From assembly GCA_043747615.1 (NCBI GenBank), contig JAYTOU010000060.1, positions 32,001 to 96,000 on the forward strand: a stretch of DNA of 64,000 bases, written 5' to 3'. The notes beneath the pieces are model-generated. The model made no database searches. It saw only the letters and a program-made list of their open reading frames with translations, and had not been told where the DNA came from. The translations under genes were made by a program, and so were the position numbers. This document shows positions 1 to 10,470 of this stretch, in pieces. Within the stretch, counting starts at the first letter, position 1; every line of letters starts with the position of its first letter. This DNA comes from Myxococcales bacterium. Lineage in GTDB: Bacteria; Myxococcota_A; Polyangia; Polyangiales; Polyangiaceae.

Positions 1-1
1 G

Positions 2-352
2 CTCGCTCTCGGCGCTACGAAATGGGAAACGATTCGGAGCGTCGTCCTGCCGAGTGCGCGCTCGGGGATCATGGGAGCCATCATCCTGGGCATGGGCCGC
101 GCTCTTGGCGAGACGATGGCTGTGACCATGCTCATCGGCAATAAGCCCCAGATCTCGGCCTCCGTGTTTCAACCCGCCGCGACGATGGCGAGCGTGATCG
201 CGAATCAATACCCCGAGGCGCACGGTCGTCAGCTCTCCGCGCTCACCGAGATGGGCCTCCTCCTCTTCGTGATCACCCTGGCCTTGAATATTTTCGCGCG
301 CGTCCTGGTGTGGCGCGTAGGCCGACTCCCTCACGCGGCTAGAAAGGCGTGA
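2..352 (+). CDS. pstC: Phosphate ABC transporter permease PstC (5'-truncated by window edge)
   Basis: Frame open from base 2 ([17 protein letters not shown]...[10 protein letters not shown]), typical PstC EAA-loop region; directly upstream of pstA. Confidence 0.92.
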   Translation, partial: LALGATKWETIRSVVLPSARSGIMGAIILGMGRALGETMAVTMLIGNKPQISASVFQPAATMASVIANQYPEAHGRQLSALTEMGLLLFVITLALNIFARVLVWRVGRLPHAARKA

Positions 353-353
353 G

Positions 354-1199
354 ATGACCGCCTACCAGAAACGCAGAGTGACCAATCTCGTCGTCCAAGG
401 GGCTTGCGTGACGGCGACGCTGCTTGCCGTTATCCCGCTAATCGTCATCCTCGGCTACATCGTCTTCAAGGGTGCCGGATCGCTCAATTGGGCTTTTTTT
501 ACCGAGCTACCGAAGCCTCCGGGCGAGCCGGGCGGTGGAATGGCGAACGCGATCGCAGGAACGCTCACCCTCGTAGGCATTGCCTGCGCGATCGGCGTCC
601 CGCTCGGGATCTTGGCGGGCGTATTCGTCGTCGAGTTCGGCGCCAACAAGTTCGGCAAGCTCGTGCAATTCAGCGCGGACGTGATGTCGGGCCTGCCGTC
701 GATCGTCGCCGGGCTCTTCGTCTACGCGATCGTCGTCGTGCCGATGCATCGCTTCTCGGCGCTGGCCGGTGGGCTTGCCCTCGCCATCCTGATGCTCCCC
801 ACCGTGATGCGGACGACGGAGGAGCTGCTTCGCTTGGTGCCGGACGCGCTCCGCGAGGCCGCCCTCGCTCTTGGCGTGCCGAAGTGGCGCACGATTCTCC
901 GTGTAGTCCTCAGAACTGCGGCACCGGGAATCGCAACGGGGGTCGTGCTCGCGGTGGCTCGCGTCACGGGAGAGACCGCGCCTCTTCTATTCACAGCGCT
1001 CAACAACAACGGCTGGGCAGAGGGCATCGATCAGCCAACCGCGTCCCTCACCGTGCAAATCTACCAGTACGCGGGCTCGCCCTACGAAGACCAGCAGGCG
1101 CAGGCGTGGGCGGCCGCGCTCGTTCTCGTCAGCGTGGTCTTGCTTCTCAACGTCTCGGCACGGTTACTCGTTCGACAGCGCGTTCGCGGGGGGCGCTAG
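354..1199 (+). CDS. pstA: Phosphate ABC transporter permease PstA
   Basis: [19 protein letters not shown] and [13 protein letters not shown] motifs; multiple TM helices. Confidence 0.95.
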   Translation: MTAYQKRRVTNLVVQGACVTATLLAVIPLIVILGYIVFKGAGSLNWAFFTELPKPPGEPGGGMANAIAGTLTLVGIACAIGVPLGILAGVFVVEFGANKFGKLVQFSADVMSGLPSIVAGLFVYAIVVVPMHRFSALAGGLALAILMLPTVMRTTEELLRLVPDALREAALALGVPKWRTILRVVLRTAAPGIATGVVLAVARVTGETAPLLFTALNNNGWAEGIDQPTASLTVQIYQYAGSPYEDQQAQAWAAALVLVSVVLLLNVSARLLVRQRVRGGR

Positions 1200-1201
1200 C
1201 G

Positions 1202-2026
1202 ATGCATTTCGGCCCCGAAAGCTACCGGAAGATCCCCAACCAAATGATCGATCGAACTTCTTCACCCAATGCAGTGCCCAAGATGCGAGCGGAGTCTCTG
1301 CGCGCGTGGTTCGGAAACTCCGAGACCCTCAAGGGGATCTCCGTCGCCGTCGAAGACAAACGGGTCACGGCCATCATTGGCCCGTCGGGCTGCGGAAAGT
1401 CGACGTTCGTACGCTGCTTGAACCGCATGCACGAGGTCGTGCCCGGCGCGCGTGTGTCGGGATCGGTCGTCCTCGACGGCGCCGACATTTACGGGAACGA
1501 CGTGGATCCGGTTCTCATCCGACGACGGGTGGGAATGGTGTTCCAGAAGCCGAACCCCTTTCCGACGATGACCATCCAGGAGAACGTGCTCGCGGGCCTG
1601 CGTCTGAATGGGATCACCGTGAAAGATCCCGGCGCGGTCGTCGAACAGTCTCTGCGCCAAGCAGCCCTGTGGGACGAGGTTCGCGACGTCTTGCATCAGT
1701 CCGGGACGAGCCTCTCGGGTGGACAGCAGCAGCGACTGTGCATCGCGCGCTGCCTCGCGCTCGAGCCTGAGGTGATCCTGATGGACGAGCCGTGCTCCGC
1801 GCTCGATCCGATCGCGACGGCGAAAGTAGAGGAGCTCATTCGCGAGCTTCGTGAGCGCTACACGATCGTGATCGTGACTCACAGCATGCAGCAGGCCGCG
1901 CGGGTCAGCGACTTTACGGCGTTTCTCTACCTCGGCGAGCTCGTCGAATATGGGAGCACCGACACCGTCTTCACGAAACCCTCGGATTCACGAACCGAGG
2001 ACTACATCACGGGGCGATTCGGCTGA
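1202..2026 (+). CDS. pstB: Phosphate ABC transporter ATPase PstB (start could be 1244 or 1283)
   Basis: Walker [43 protein letters not shown]-terminal YITGRFG. Confidence 0.95.
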   Translation: MHFGPESYRKIPNQMIDRTSSPNAVPKMRAESLRAWFGNSETLKGISVAVEDKRVTAIIGPSGCGKSTFVRCLNRMHEVVPGARVSGSVVLDGADIYGNDVDPVLIRRRVGMVFQKPNPFPTMTIQENVLAGLRLNGITVKDPGAVVEQSLRQAALWDEVRDVLHQSGTSLSGGQQQRLCIARCLALEPEVILMDEPCSALDPIATAKVEELIRELRERYTIVIVTHSMQQAARVSDFTAFLYLGELVEYGSTDTVFTKPSDSRTEDYITGRFG

Positions 2027-2751
2027 TGACGACCACGAAGAAGAAGCACACCGACCAGGGTTACGAAGCCGAGCTCAACGGGCTGCGCGAGCAGCTTCTT
2101 CTCATGGGCGCCAAGGTGGAGGAGATGATCGCCAACAGCATGCGCGCGCTCGTCGATCGAGACACCTTGCTCGCCAAGGAGATGATCGAGTTCGACAACC
2201 AGATCAACCGCATCGAGATCGAGACCGACGAAGCCTGCTTGCGCATCCTCGCGCGCCGCCAGCCGGTGGCCTCCGATCTACGCTTCATCACCATTGCGTT
2301 GAAGCTCGTGACGGACCTCGAGCGCATCGGGGATCTCGGCGTCAATATGTGCGAGCGGGTGATCGAGCTCAACGACGAACCGCCGCTCAAGCCTTATCTG
2401 GATCTTCCGCAGATGGCGGACACCGCGCAGGGCATGGTTCACGACGCGCTCGATGCGTTCGTGCAGGGCGACGCGGAGATGGCGCAACAGATCATCGATC
2501 GGGACAAAACGCTCGACGCGTACTACGCCGATATTTTCCGGGTCCTCCTCACGTACATGATGGAGGATCCGCGCAACATCTATCGCGCCACGCGCGTGCA
2601 ATCGATCGCCAAATACCTGGAGCGGATAGGAGACCACGCCACGAACCTGGCGGAGATGGTCGTCTTCATGGTCCGCGGGAAGGACATCCGTCACACCGGA
2701 AATTCGAAGACCGTGAGCCGGCAGCCCCCCCCCGTCCGCTCCGACGACTGA
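2026..2751 (+). CDS. phoU: Phosphate signalling protein PhoU
   Basis: RQPVASDLR, DLERIGD and YLERIGDHATN repeats; TGATG overlap with pstB. Confidence 0.95.
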   Translation: MTTTKKKHTDQGYEAELNGLREQLLLMGAKVEEMIANSMRALVDRDTLLAKEMIEFDNQINRIEIETDEACLRILARRQPVASDLRFITIALKLVTDLERIGDLGVNMCERVIELNDEPPLKPYLDLPQMADTAQGMVHDALDAFVQGDAEMAQQIIDRDKTLDAYYADIFRVLLTYMMEDPRNIYRATRVQSIAKYLERIGDHATNLAEMVVFMVRGKDIRHTGNSKTVSRQPPPVRSDD

Positions 2752-2767
2752 GCCTCACGCCGCTATC

Positions 2768-4240
2768 TCACTGAGGATAGAGGCACCGCCCGCCGTTGCA
2801 CGGGACGCCGTTGCAGCAATCGCCGGCAGCGGCGCACGTCTGACCGTACTGGGCGCACGCCGTCACGCCTGCATCGGTCGAGGGTGTCGTTCCGCCGTCG
2901 GCGCCGGTGCCACCACCGCCGCACGAACCGCTCGTCGAGCCGCTAGGAATCACGCAAGGGAGGCCCGTGCAGCAGTCGGCCGTCGTCGTGCAACCACCCG
3001 CCCTGGGAACGCACGTCGCACCGCAAACGAGTGGAGCGCCGCCGTCGGTGACGTTCGTCGGAACGCACGCCAGGCCGCAGCAGTCAGCGCTGCTCGAGCA
3101 CACCTGACCCGCCTTGGAAGTGCCCGCGTCGGCGCAGCTCCCCACGCCCGTGCAGCGCGGAATGCCCACGATGTCTTGCTGGCAGACCGTGGGATCGTTG
3201 TTCACGTTTCCGGCGCAGCAATTGTTCTCGGCGTTGCACGAGCTCGAGGCGAGCTTGCAGATCGCGCCGTTCCCGCGGCAGGAGCCACCGTTGTCGCACC
3301 GCCCGACCGATGCGCCGGACGCCTTGCTGCAGGTGACGAAGTTGTTGGTCTTTCCGCCGGGGTCTTCGACCGAGCCGCAGCAATCCTTGTCGGAGCGGCA
3401 AAGGTCGCCCGTCGGATGGCAGCCGCTCGGGGCCTGACACACGTCGACTCCCGTCAACGCGTAGGGCGCGCACGAGCGACTGCAGCAACTGCCACCGCAC
3501 GCAGGGATGCCGCCATCGCTCGCTCCCGCGTCTGCGCCCGCGCCGCAGACTTCTCCGGCGACGGTGCACTGCGTTCCACCCGGAGCGACAGGCAGCTTGC
3601 ACGTTCCGATCGTTGCTCCGCCGAGCTTGGTGCAGATGCCGCCGCAGCACTCGTTGTCCGTGCTGCAGATGTCGCTCGTCTGCGTGCAGAACGACGGTTG
3701 ATTCGAGCAAACGCCGCTATTGCAGAAGCTCGAGCAGCACTCGCCGTTCGTCGCGCACGTGTTGCCCGAGGTGCTGCACGAGCCATTGAGCGGAGTGCAG
3801 GTGCCCGCCCCGCCGTCTGCCGATCCCGCGCACACGCCGCCGCAGCAGCTCGCGTTCGACGTGCAGGCCTTGTTGTCGGAGATGCAGAGCGTAGAGCCGC
3901 ACGCGCCGCCGCTACAAACGAAGGTGCAGCACTCGTTCGCGACCGTGCAGGCTGTGCCGCCAGCCTTGCAGGTTCCGATGGGAGCGACGCAAATCTTGAG
4001 GGTCAGGTTGCAGTTGACCGAGCAGCACTCGGCGCTCGTGGCGCACGTCGTTCCGGGCATCGCGCAGGTCCCGCCGTCGCTGATGCCGCCTTCGGAGCCG
4101 CCGCCTTCGGAGCCGCCGCCTTCGTCGCCTCCGTCCATGGTCGTCGATGCAGCGCCGTCGCTGCTCCCACATCCGCCCATGCTGACAGCGCAGCCAACCG
4201 CCATGGTCGCCGCAAGAACCAGCCACGTACGATAGTTCAT
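2768..4240 (-). CDS. Exported Cys-rich repeat protein (probable lipoprotein) with tandem C-x6-C-x5-CC-x3/4-C units
   Basis: GGAGG RBS before ATG 4240; signal peptide with AVGC/GGC; units such as CAMPGTTCATSAECCSVNC and CAQYGQTCAAAGDCCNGVPC. Confidence 0.85.
   Translation of the reverse strand: MNYRTWLVLAATMAVGCAVSMGGCGSSDGAASTTMDGGDEGGGSEGGGSEGGISDGGTCAMPGTTCATSAECCSVNCNLTLKICVAPIGTCKAGGTACTVANECCTFVCSGGACGSTLCISDNKACTSNASCCGGVCAGSADGGAGTCTPLNGSCSTSGNTCATNGECCSSFCNSGVCSNQPSFCTQTSDICSTDNECCGGICTKLGGATIGTCKLPVAPGGTQCTVAGEVCGAGADAGASDGGIPACGGSCCSRSCAPYALTGVDVCQAPSGCHPTGDLCRSDKDCCGSVEDPGGKTNNFVTCSKASGASVGRCDNGGSCRGNGAICKLASSSCNAENNCCAGNVNNDPTVCQQDIVGIPRCTGVGSCADAGTSKAGQVCSSSADCCGLACVPTNVTDGGAPLVCGATCVPRAGGCTTTADCCTGLPCVIPSGSTSGSCGGGGTGADGGTTPSTDAGVTACAQYGQTCAAAGDCCNGVPCNGGRCLYPQ
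4085..4124. repeat. 15-bp in-frame tandem repeat (about 2.7 copies) encoding an EGGGS linker
   Basis: gccgccttcggagcc twice plus a partial third copy. Confidence 0.8.
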
Positions 4241-4417
4241 CAAGGCGTGCCTCCAAATAGTGCTGGAAAATATGCCAGCGATGCGTTTCGACCGGGTCGC
4301 GAAGCGCGCCCGCCGAGTTAGTATATGCAACCCTGCGACCGTTCTCGAGTATGCCGATAACTTCGGCGAATCGCATGTTTTCGGCGAGCGGGGGTGGTCA
4401 CTCGATCGACCACGTCA

Positions 4418-4765
4418 TCACGGGGGGCAGAGCTGACCGGCGAGCTTGCACATGGTGTTGCCGTTCTTGACGCAGCAGACTTTGCCGGCACCGCAGGAGA
4501 GTGCAACGCAAGCCGCGCAATCGGCCTGCCCGCAGGCTCCGCCACACCAGGTCGTCCCGCAACAGAAGTTGGAGCCTCCCGGCGAAGTGCCGGTGCACGA
4601 CGCGCCTCCCTCAGCATCGATCGCGGAGTCGCTCGTGGACGCCTCCGAGCGAGCGTCTTCGACCGATCCGTCGGCGTCGTAGAAATGGAGATCGGGAACG
4701 GACTCGCATCCCGCGAGGGCCGGCCACGCAATCAGGACCATCCATGAGGCGCGCGGGGCCTGCAT
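4418..4765 (-). CDS. Small Cys-rich lipoprotein
   Basis: MQAPRASWMVLIAWPALAGC lipobox, acidic linker, Cys-rich C-terminus; ATG overlaps the stop of the upstream PEGA gene. Confidence 0.8.
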   Translation of the reverse strand: MQAPRASWMVLIAWPALAGCESVPDLHFYDADGSVEDARSEASTSDSAIDAEGGASCTGTSPGGSNFCCGTTWCGGACGQADCAACVALSCGAGKVCCVKNGNTMCKLAGQLCPP

Positions 4766-5736
4766 TAGAAGGAGCCTCTCACGCTGACGCGAGCGTCGGT
4801 GCCAGACACGGTGGCGGACACCGCGGGGCCGCCCTTGATGATGAGATACGCTCCGATTCCGGCCGCGACGACGCCCGCGCCCGCGAGAACCGCAGCGACG
4901 GTACCATCGGTAACGGCGCGACTCCGGGTAGCGATCAACTCGGCTTCGCGCGATCTCGGACACACACCGCCAGGACACGCCCGGGTGAGATCCGAAATCT
5001 GTCCGTGTCGAACGAGGGCGGCGGCCCCGGCGCCGACGAGGAGCGCGGCTCCTGCGCCAAAAGTCACCCAGCCCGCAACGTTGGAAGAATGGGCGGCGTC
5101 GGCGGGTGCCTCTTTCGGCGGTGCCAAGGGCGGTGGCAAGGGCTGCGTCGGTTGCGAAACGAGCAAGGGGATGGCCAGAGATAGGTGGGCCCCCTCGGCG
5201 AGGTTGATCTCGGTACGGAACGCAGCAGCGCCGGGCGCGGTTGCCGTTACGACGTGCGGGCCCGGATCGACCAGGATCGGAGCTCGGAGCGCCGCGCCGC
5301 GCACGACCTCGCGATCGAGCTCGATCTCGACGTCGGGACGAGCGGGTTCGGAGACCGTGAGTGACAGCTGCGGGATTCGTTTCGCGAGATCCGCCACTTT
5401 CGCCCGCGCGACTTCGATGCTTTCCGCGTTGCTCGGATCGTGGCCGCTGCCCAGGGCAATGGCTCCTTCGTACGAAACCAGGGCTTCCTTCAAGCGCCCG
5501 AGGGCATCGAGACACGTGCCGATCCGGTAGCGGACGGCGACGGTTTCTCTCACGGCTTGAACGCGACGAAATTTCTCGAGGGCAACTTCGAAATCTCCGC
5601 GCTCCTCGTCGGCGAGCGCGTTCGTGAACGTCTTTCGCGCCTCCGCCAGCTCAACAAGCGATTGGCCCGCGGCAGGCGTTGGAGCGAGCAACAGGAGGGC
5701 GGCGAGACATGTCGATCGAAAACCCGCGCCGCGCAT
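4765..5736 (-). CDS. Exported TPR + PEGA-like protein with C-terminal hydrophobic helices and terminal beta-strand
   Basis: Signal peptide; TPR-like ALEKFRRV...YRIGTCLDALGRLKEALVSY; PEGA-like VEIELD...VDPGPHVVTATAPG; ends VSVRGSF. Confidence 0.85.
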   Translation of the reverse strand: MRGAGFRSTCLAALLLLAPTPAAGQSLVELAEARKTFTNALADEERGDFEVALEKFRRVQAVRETVAVRYRIGTCLDALGRLKEALVSYEGAIALGSGHDPSNAESIEVARAKVADLAKRIPQLSLTVSEPARPDVEIELDREVVRGAALRAPILVDPGPHVVTATAPGAAAFRTEINLAEGAHLSLAIPLLVSQPTQPLPPPLAPPKEAPADAAHSSNVAGWVTFGAGAALLVGAGAAALVRHGQISDLTRACPGGVCPRSREAELIATRSRAVTDGTVAAVLAGAGVVAAGIGAYLIIKGGPAVSATVSGTDARVSVRGSF

Positions 5737-5802
5737 CTGAAGTGAATGTACGTCGGGGAGGGGGCTCACGTCGAAGAGGAAACGAGCGTACGATCGCGCG
5801 CC

Positions 5803-7185
<1,383 letters not shown>

Positions 7186-7233
7186 GAATCCTCGCGGACC
7201 GCAAGAGTCCGTGGGATAATTTCTGTGCGGTCA

Positions 7234-8553
7234 ATGCAAGCGGCTCGGCATCATCTCAAGCTCGGCGCGGGCGAGAAGCTCGGGGGCAAGTATTCGCTCG
7301 TCCGGCGTCTGGCCTCGGGCGGCATGGGCGAGATCTGGATCGCACACAACGTCCTCACGGAGGCCGACGTCGCCCTCAAAATTCTCCGCGCCGACGCCGA
7401 CACGGCGATGCAAGCCGAGCTTCGTTTCAGGCATGAAGCAAAGCTCGGCGCGATGCTCGCGCATCGGAACATCGTGCGCGTGTTCGATCTCATCGAGCAT
7501 GGCGACGAGCTCATTCTGGTGCTCGAGCTGCTCCGCGGAGAGGGCCTCGATCGCCATCTTTGCGACAAAACGAAGCTGCCTGCCGTGGAAGCGGTCGCCA
7601 TCGTGCTCCCCCTGCTGTCGGCGCTCGAGCATGCCCACGAGATGGGCGTCATTCACCGCGATCTCAAGCCCGCCAACATTTTCCTGGCGGTCGATCCCGA
7701 TGGTCTAGTCACCCCAAAGCTTCTGGATTTCGGAATCGCAAAGCTCCCGCTGGCGGGTGTGCAAACCCTCGATGGACGTGTGCTCGGAACCCCGCGCTAC
7801 ATGTCCCCCGAGCAGATTCGTTCGGACCCGAAGATCGACGGGCGAAGCGATCTCTTCACCGTGGGAGCTCTCTTGATCGAGATGCTGACCGGGGCGGCAC
7901 CATTCAAAGCGGACTCAGCCTCGGCGTCGCTCGCGGCGGTTCTCGAGGTGGAGCTCGATCCGGATCCTGAGATCGATCCGAGGCTCGGGCTGGTCATCAA
8001 GCGCGCGACGGCAAAGCGGGTCTACGAGCGCTTCGCCACTGCGAACGAATTTGCCAAGGCGCTCCGGGAAGCGATCCCCGATTCGGACGCGGCGCTCGCT
8101 GCGACGATGCGCAGGGAGAGACCACCGCGTTCGTCGCGAGCGTCCCACAGTGACCTCAGCGACCCGTCGGGTCGGCCTCTATTCAACGGCGACGCTTCGC
8201 CCGAGAGCGGGTCAGTGCCCACCGCGAGCGTGCTCGAGCCGGTCGTGGGCCCGAAGAAGATGAGCATCGTGATAGGGGCGCTCGTCGCTTCGGTCCTCGT
8301 CGTGATCGCGGTCGTCGGCACGCGGGGGGTCTCGGCATCGTCGGCGTCGGTCACATCCGCCGCAGCGTCGGCACCGTCCGCGCCGGCGACCACGGGCGTC
8401 GACCTCGCCGCTCTTCCGATCGTCGCTGTCCCGGCCTCGGCGAGCTCATCACAAAGCTCAGTAGCGCCCTCCGCAACGTCGAGCGCGCGCCCGGCGGTGA
8501 AGCCACGTGTCGCACCGAAAAAGAAGCCGGTGGCGACGACACCTGGGTTTTGA
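7234..8553 (+). CDS. Membrane-anchored Ser/Thr protein kinase
   Basis: GGMGEIW, VALK, HRDLKPAN, DFGIAK, GTPRYMSPEQ; one TM helix, then an Ala/Ser/Pro-rich tail ending KKKPVATTPGF. Confidence 0.93.
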   Translation: MQAARHHLKLGAGEKLGGKYSLVRRLASGGMGEIWIAHNVLTEADVALKILRADADTAMQAELRFRHEAKLGAMLAHRNIVRVFDLIEHGDELILVLELLRGEGLDRHLCDKTKLPAVEAVAIVLPLLSALEHAHEMGVIHRDLKPANIFLAVDPDGLVTPKLLDFGIAKLPLAGVQTLDGRVLGTPRYMSPEQIRSDPKIDGRSDLFTVGALLIEMLTGAAPFKADSASASLAAVLEVELDPDPEIDPRLGLVIKRATAKRVYERFATANEFAKALREAIPDSDAALAATMRRERPPRSSRASHSDLSDPSGRPLFNGDASPESGSVPTASVLEPVVGPKKMSIVIGALVASVLVVIAVVGTRGVSASSASVTSAAASAPSAPATTGVDLAALPIVAVPASASSSQSSVAPSATSSARPAVKPRVAPKKKPVATTPGF

Positions 8554-8763
8554 CAAGCGGATCGTTCCTCACTCCACCGGGGGAAGCGCTTTCCAGGATG
8601 CTCGACCAAGGGTGCGATGAAGTAGCGGCTGAAGCGCTGCGGGCCTGGCAAGGTCGGTGTCCACCATGACCTGCGGATCGCGCCACCCACCCACGCGAGC
8701 CCATGCGGACCTCAGAAAGCCGCGAATTTGGGTCGCGGGCTCGATCTTGCTTAATCTGCCCGC

Positions 8764-9612
8764 ATGAAAGCAATCGTGTACGCAATGGTCGGCATGTTTG
8801 GTCTCGGCTTGGCCGGGGCGTGCGGTGGAAGCAGCGCCACGACGGTCGGCGGCGGGCCAGGGGCCGGACTCTGCGGCGCCGCAAAGTGCGGATCGCGCCA
8901 GTGCGATCCGACGCTCGGCTGCGTCGATTGCACGAGCGACGCGCAGTGCGGCGGGGGCAGCAAGTTCTGCATCACGGGAAAGTGCGAATCCTGTCGTACC
9001 AACGTGGACTGCGGTGTGAGCGCGCCGGCGTGCTGGCCGAACGATCACACGTGTCACGCGTCGTGCGCCGCTCCTGGCGCGCAAGCCTGCCCGGGTGACG
9101 CGAAGCTTTGCGACACGGCGACCGGACAGTGCCTCGGTTGCAGGACAATGACCGACTGCTCGCCGCCGGACGCGATCTGCAGCGCCGTCACCGCCCAATG
9201 CGTGCAGTGTGCAGTCAACAAGGACTGCCCCGCTTCCGCTCCGACGTGCTTGGCTACGGGGCGATGCGCGCAGTGCTTGTCGAATACCGATTGCAGCGGC
9301 TCGACGCCCATCTGCGACCTCCAGGAGCTCAAGTGCCGCTCGGGATGCACCAGCGACGCCACGTGCGCCGCGCCCACTGCGCACTGCAATATTGCTCACA
9401 ACGCGTGCGTCCAGTGCAACACGGGCGCGGACTGTGCGGCTCCCGCGCCTCTGTGCAATCTGGACGGCGCGTGCACCGCGTGCCTCGTCGACAAGGACTG
9501 CATGGGCACCCCCGCGACACCGTATTGCCGTGACGCCCAGGCGTGCGTGCAATGCATCGACAAGAGCCAGTGCATGTCTGGACAGAAATGCCAGAACGGC
9601 GCGTGCCGCTGA
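8764..9612 (+). CDS. Cys-rich repeat lipoprotein
   Basis: LAGAC lipobox; repeated CV(Q/D)Cxx(N/D)xDC...P.C units. Confidence 0.85.
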   Translation: MKAIVYAMVGMFGLGLAGACGGSSATTVGGGPGAGLCGAAKCGSRQCDPTLGCVDCTSDAQCGGGSKFCITGKCESCRTNVDCGVSAPACWPNDHTCHASCAAPGAQACPGDAKLCDTATGQCLGCRTMTDCSPPDAICSAVTAQCVQCAVNKDCPASAPTCLATGRCAQCLSNTDCSGSTPICDLQELKCRSGCTSDATCAAPTAHCNIAHNACVQCNTGADCAAPAPLCNLDGACTACLVDKDCMGTPATPYCRDAQACVQCIDKSQCMSGQKCQNGACR

Positions 9613-9637
9613 GTCGTCGACGTGGGCATAGGCGGGT

Positions 9638-10204
9638 TTAGAGATCGCCGCGGATCCCGATGGTCCACGGCCGTTCGCCCCCGCCCACGCCCACCGCCGG
9701 CTGGAAGTGCCGGACGCGATCCTCGTACTCGAGGGCCCGGCTCTCTCCGAAGGAGTCGAGCGTGTAGAAGGTGAGCGCTTCGGCGGCGATACCGAGTCCG
9801 GTCCCTTGCCACACGGCGCGCCCGCTGAGAACACCGTAGGTGGCGACGGCGGCGCCAGCCACCGCGAGGGAGAGCTCGCCAAATCGGTAAGCGACGAAGC
9901 GCGAGGTGGTCCCATGAATGTGGGCGCCCTCGTCGTGCTTGAAGGCTGCGGGGTCGCGGGCGAGAGTGGCCGAGTATCTGTCGCGGTGGGAGTCCACCTG
10001 GAAGACGTAGAAGGCGGCGCCGACGGCCTCGAACGCACCGATGCTGAGCACCGACCACCCGAAGCCTCGTGAGAAATCATTCGAGCGGGTGACGAGCACC
10101 ACGCCGGCAACGCTCGAGAGCGTCCCGATGGCGACGCAGTTGAGCGCCGTCTCCTTCTCGGATGCGTAATACGCGGAAACATCGTCAGTGATCGCGTCGG
10201 TCAC
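9638..10204 (-). CDS. Hypothetical membrane protein (about 4 hydrophobic segments)
   Basis: Hydrophobic segments; TAGAAT 6 nt upstream of the GTG start. Confidence 0.7.
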   Translation of the reverse strand: MTDAITDDVSAYYASEKETALNCVAIGTLSSVAGVVLVTRSNDFSRGFGWSVLSIGAFEAVGAAFYVFQVDSHRDRYSATLARDPAAFKHDEGAHIHGTTSRFVAYRFGELSLAVAGAAVATYGVLSGRAVWQGTGLGIAAEALTFYTLDSFGESRALEYEDRVRHFQPAVGVGGGERPWTIGIRGDL

Positions 10205-10470
10205 GGCCCGATTCTAGGCCATCTCAGCAGCCGCCGAAGCTCAAACGAAGATCAACGGGGGGGCGCCCATGCCGTGGCCAACCGCGGAGACCCGAGCTCG
10301 GCGCTTTGCAACGTCCTTCACCGATTCGTGGACGGCGGTCAGTCGCCCACCGTGGCTACACGCTCTCGTTCTTTGGCCGTTTGGCACCACCTACGGAGCG
10401 GCGGAAGGTTCGTCGCAGATCGGCGTTTGATCATCCGTGGCGCCATGAAACGTTCTTTCAATTCGTACTT

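Noticed and set aside
404..1201. N-terminal half of the 540-aa ORF 404..2026
   Set aside because: Alternate-frame read-through of pstA; PstB homology starts only after 1202
4261..4341. Sigma54 promoter candidates upstream of the knottin-like gene
   Set aside because: TGGCAT...GC at 4261-4277 is mis-spaced by 1 nt; CGGTCGCAGGGTTGCA (4326-4341, minus) has correct spacing but a poor -24 element
8736..8751. Sigma54-like CGGGCTCGATCTTGCT
   Set aside because: Weak -24 element; the adjacent TAATCT at leaderless spacing explains the start better
10205..10470. Intergenic stretch as ncRNA or small ORF (also 55381-55700 and 16173-16308)
   Set aside because: Only short GC-rich stems expected by chance; no recognisable RNA family or credible ORF
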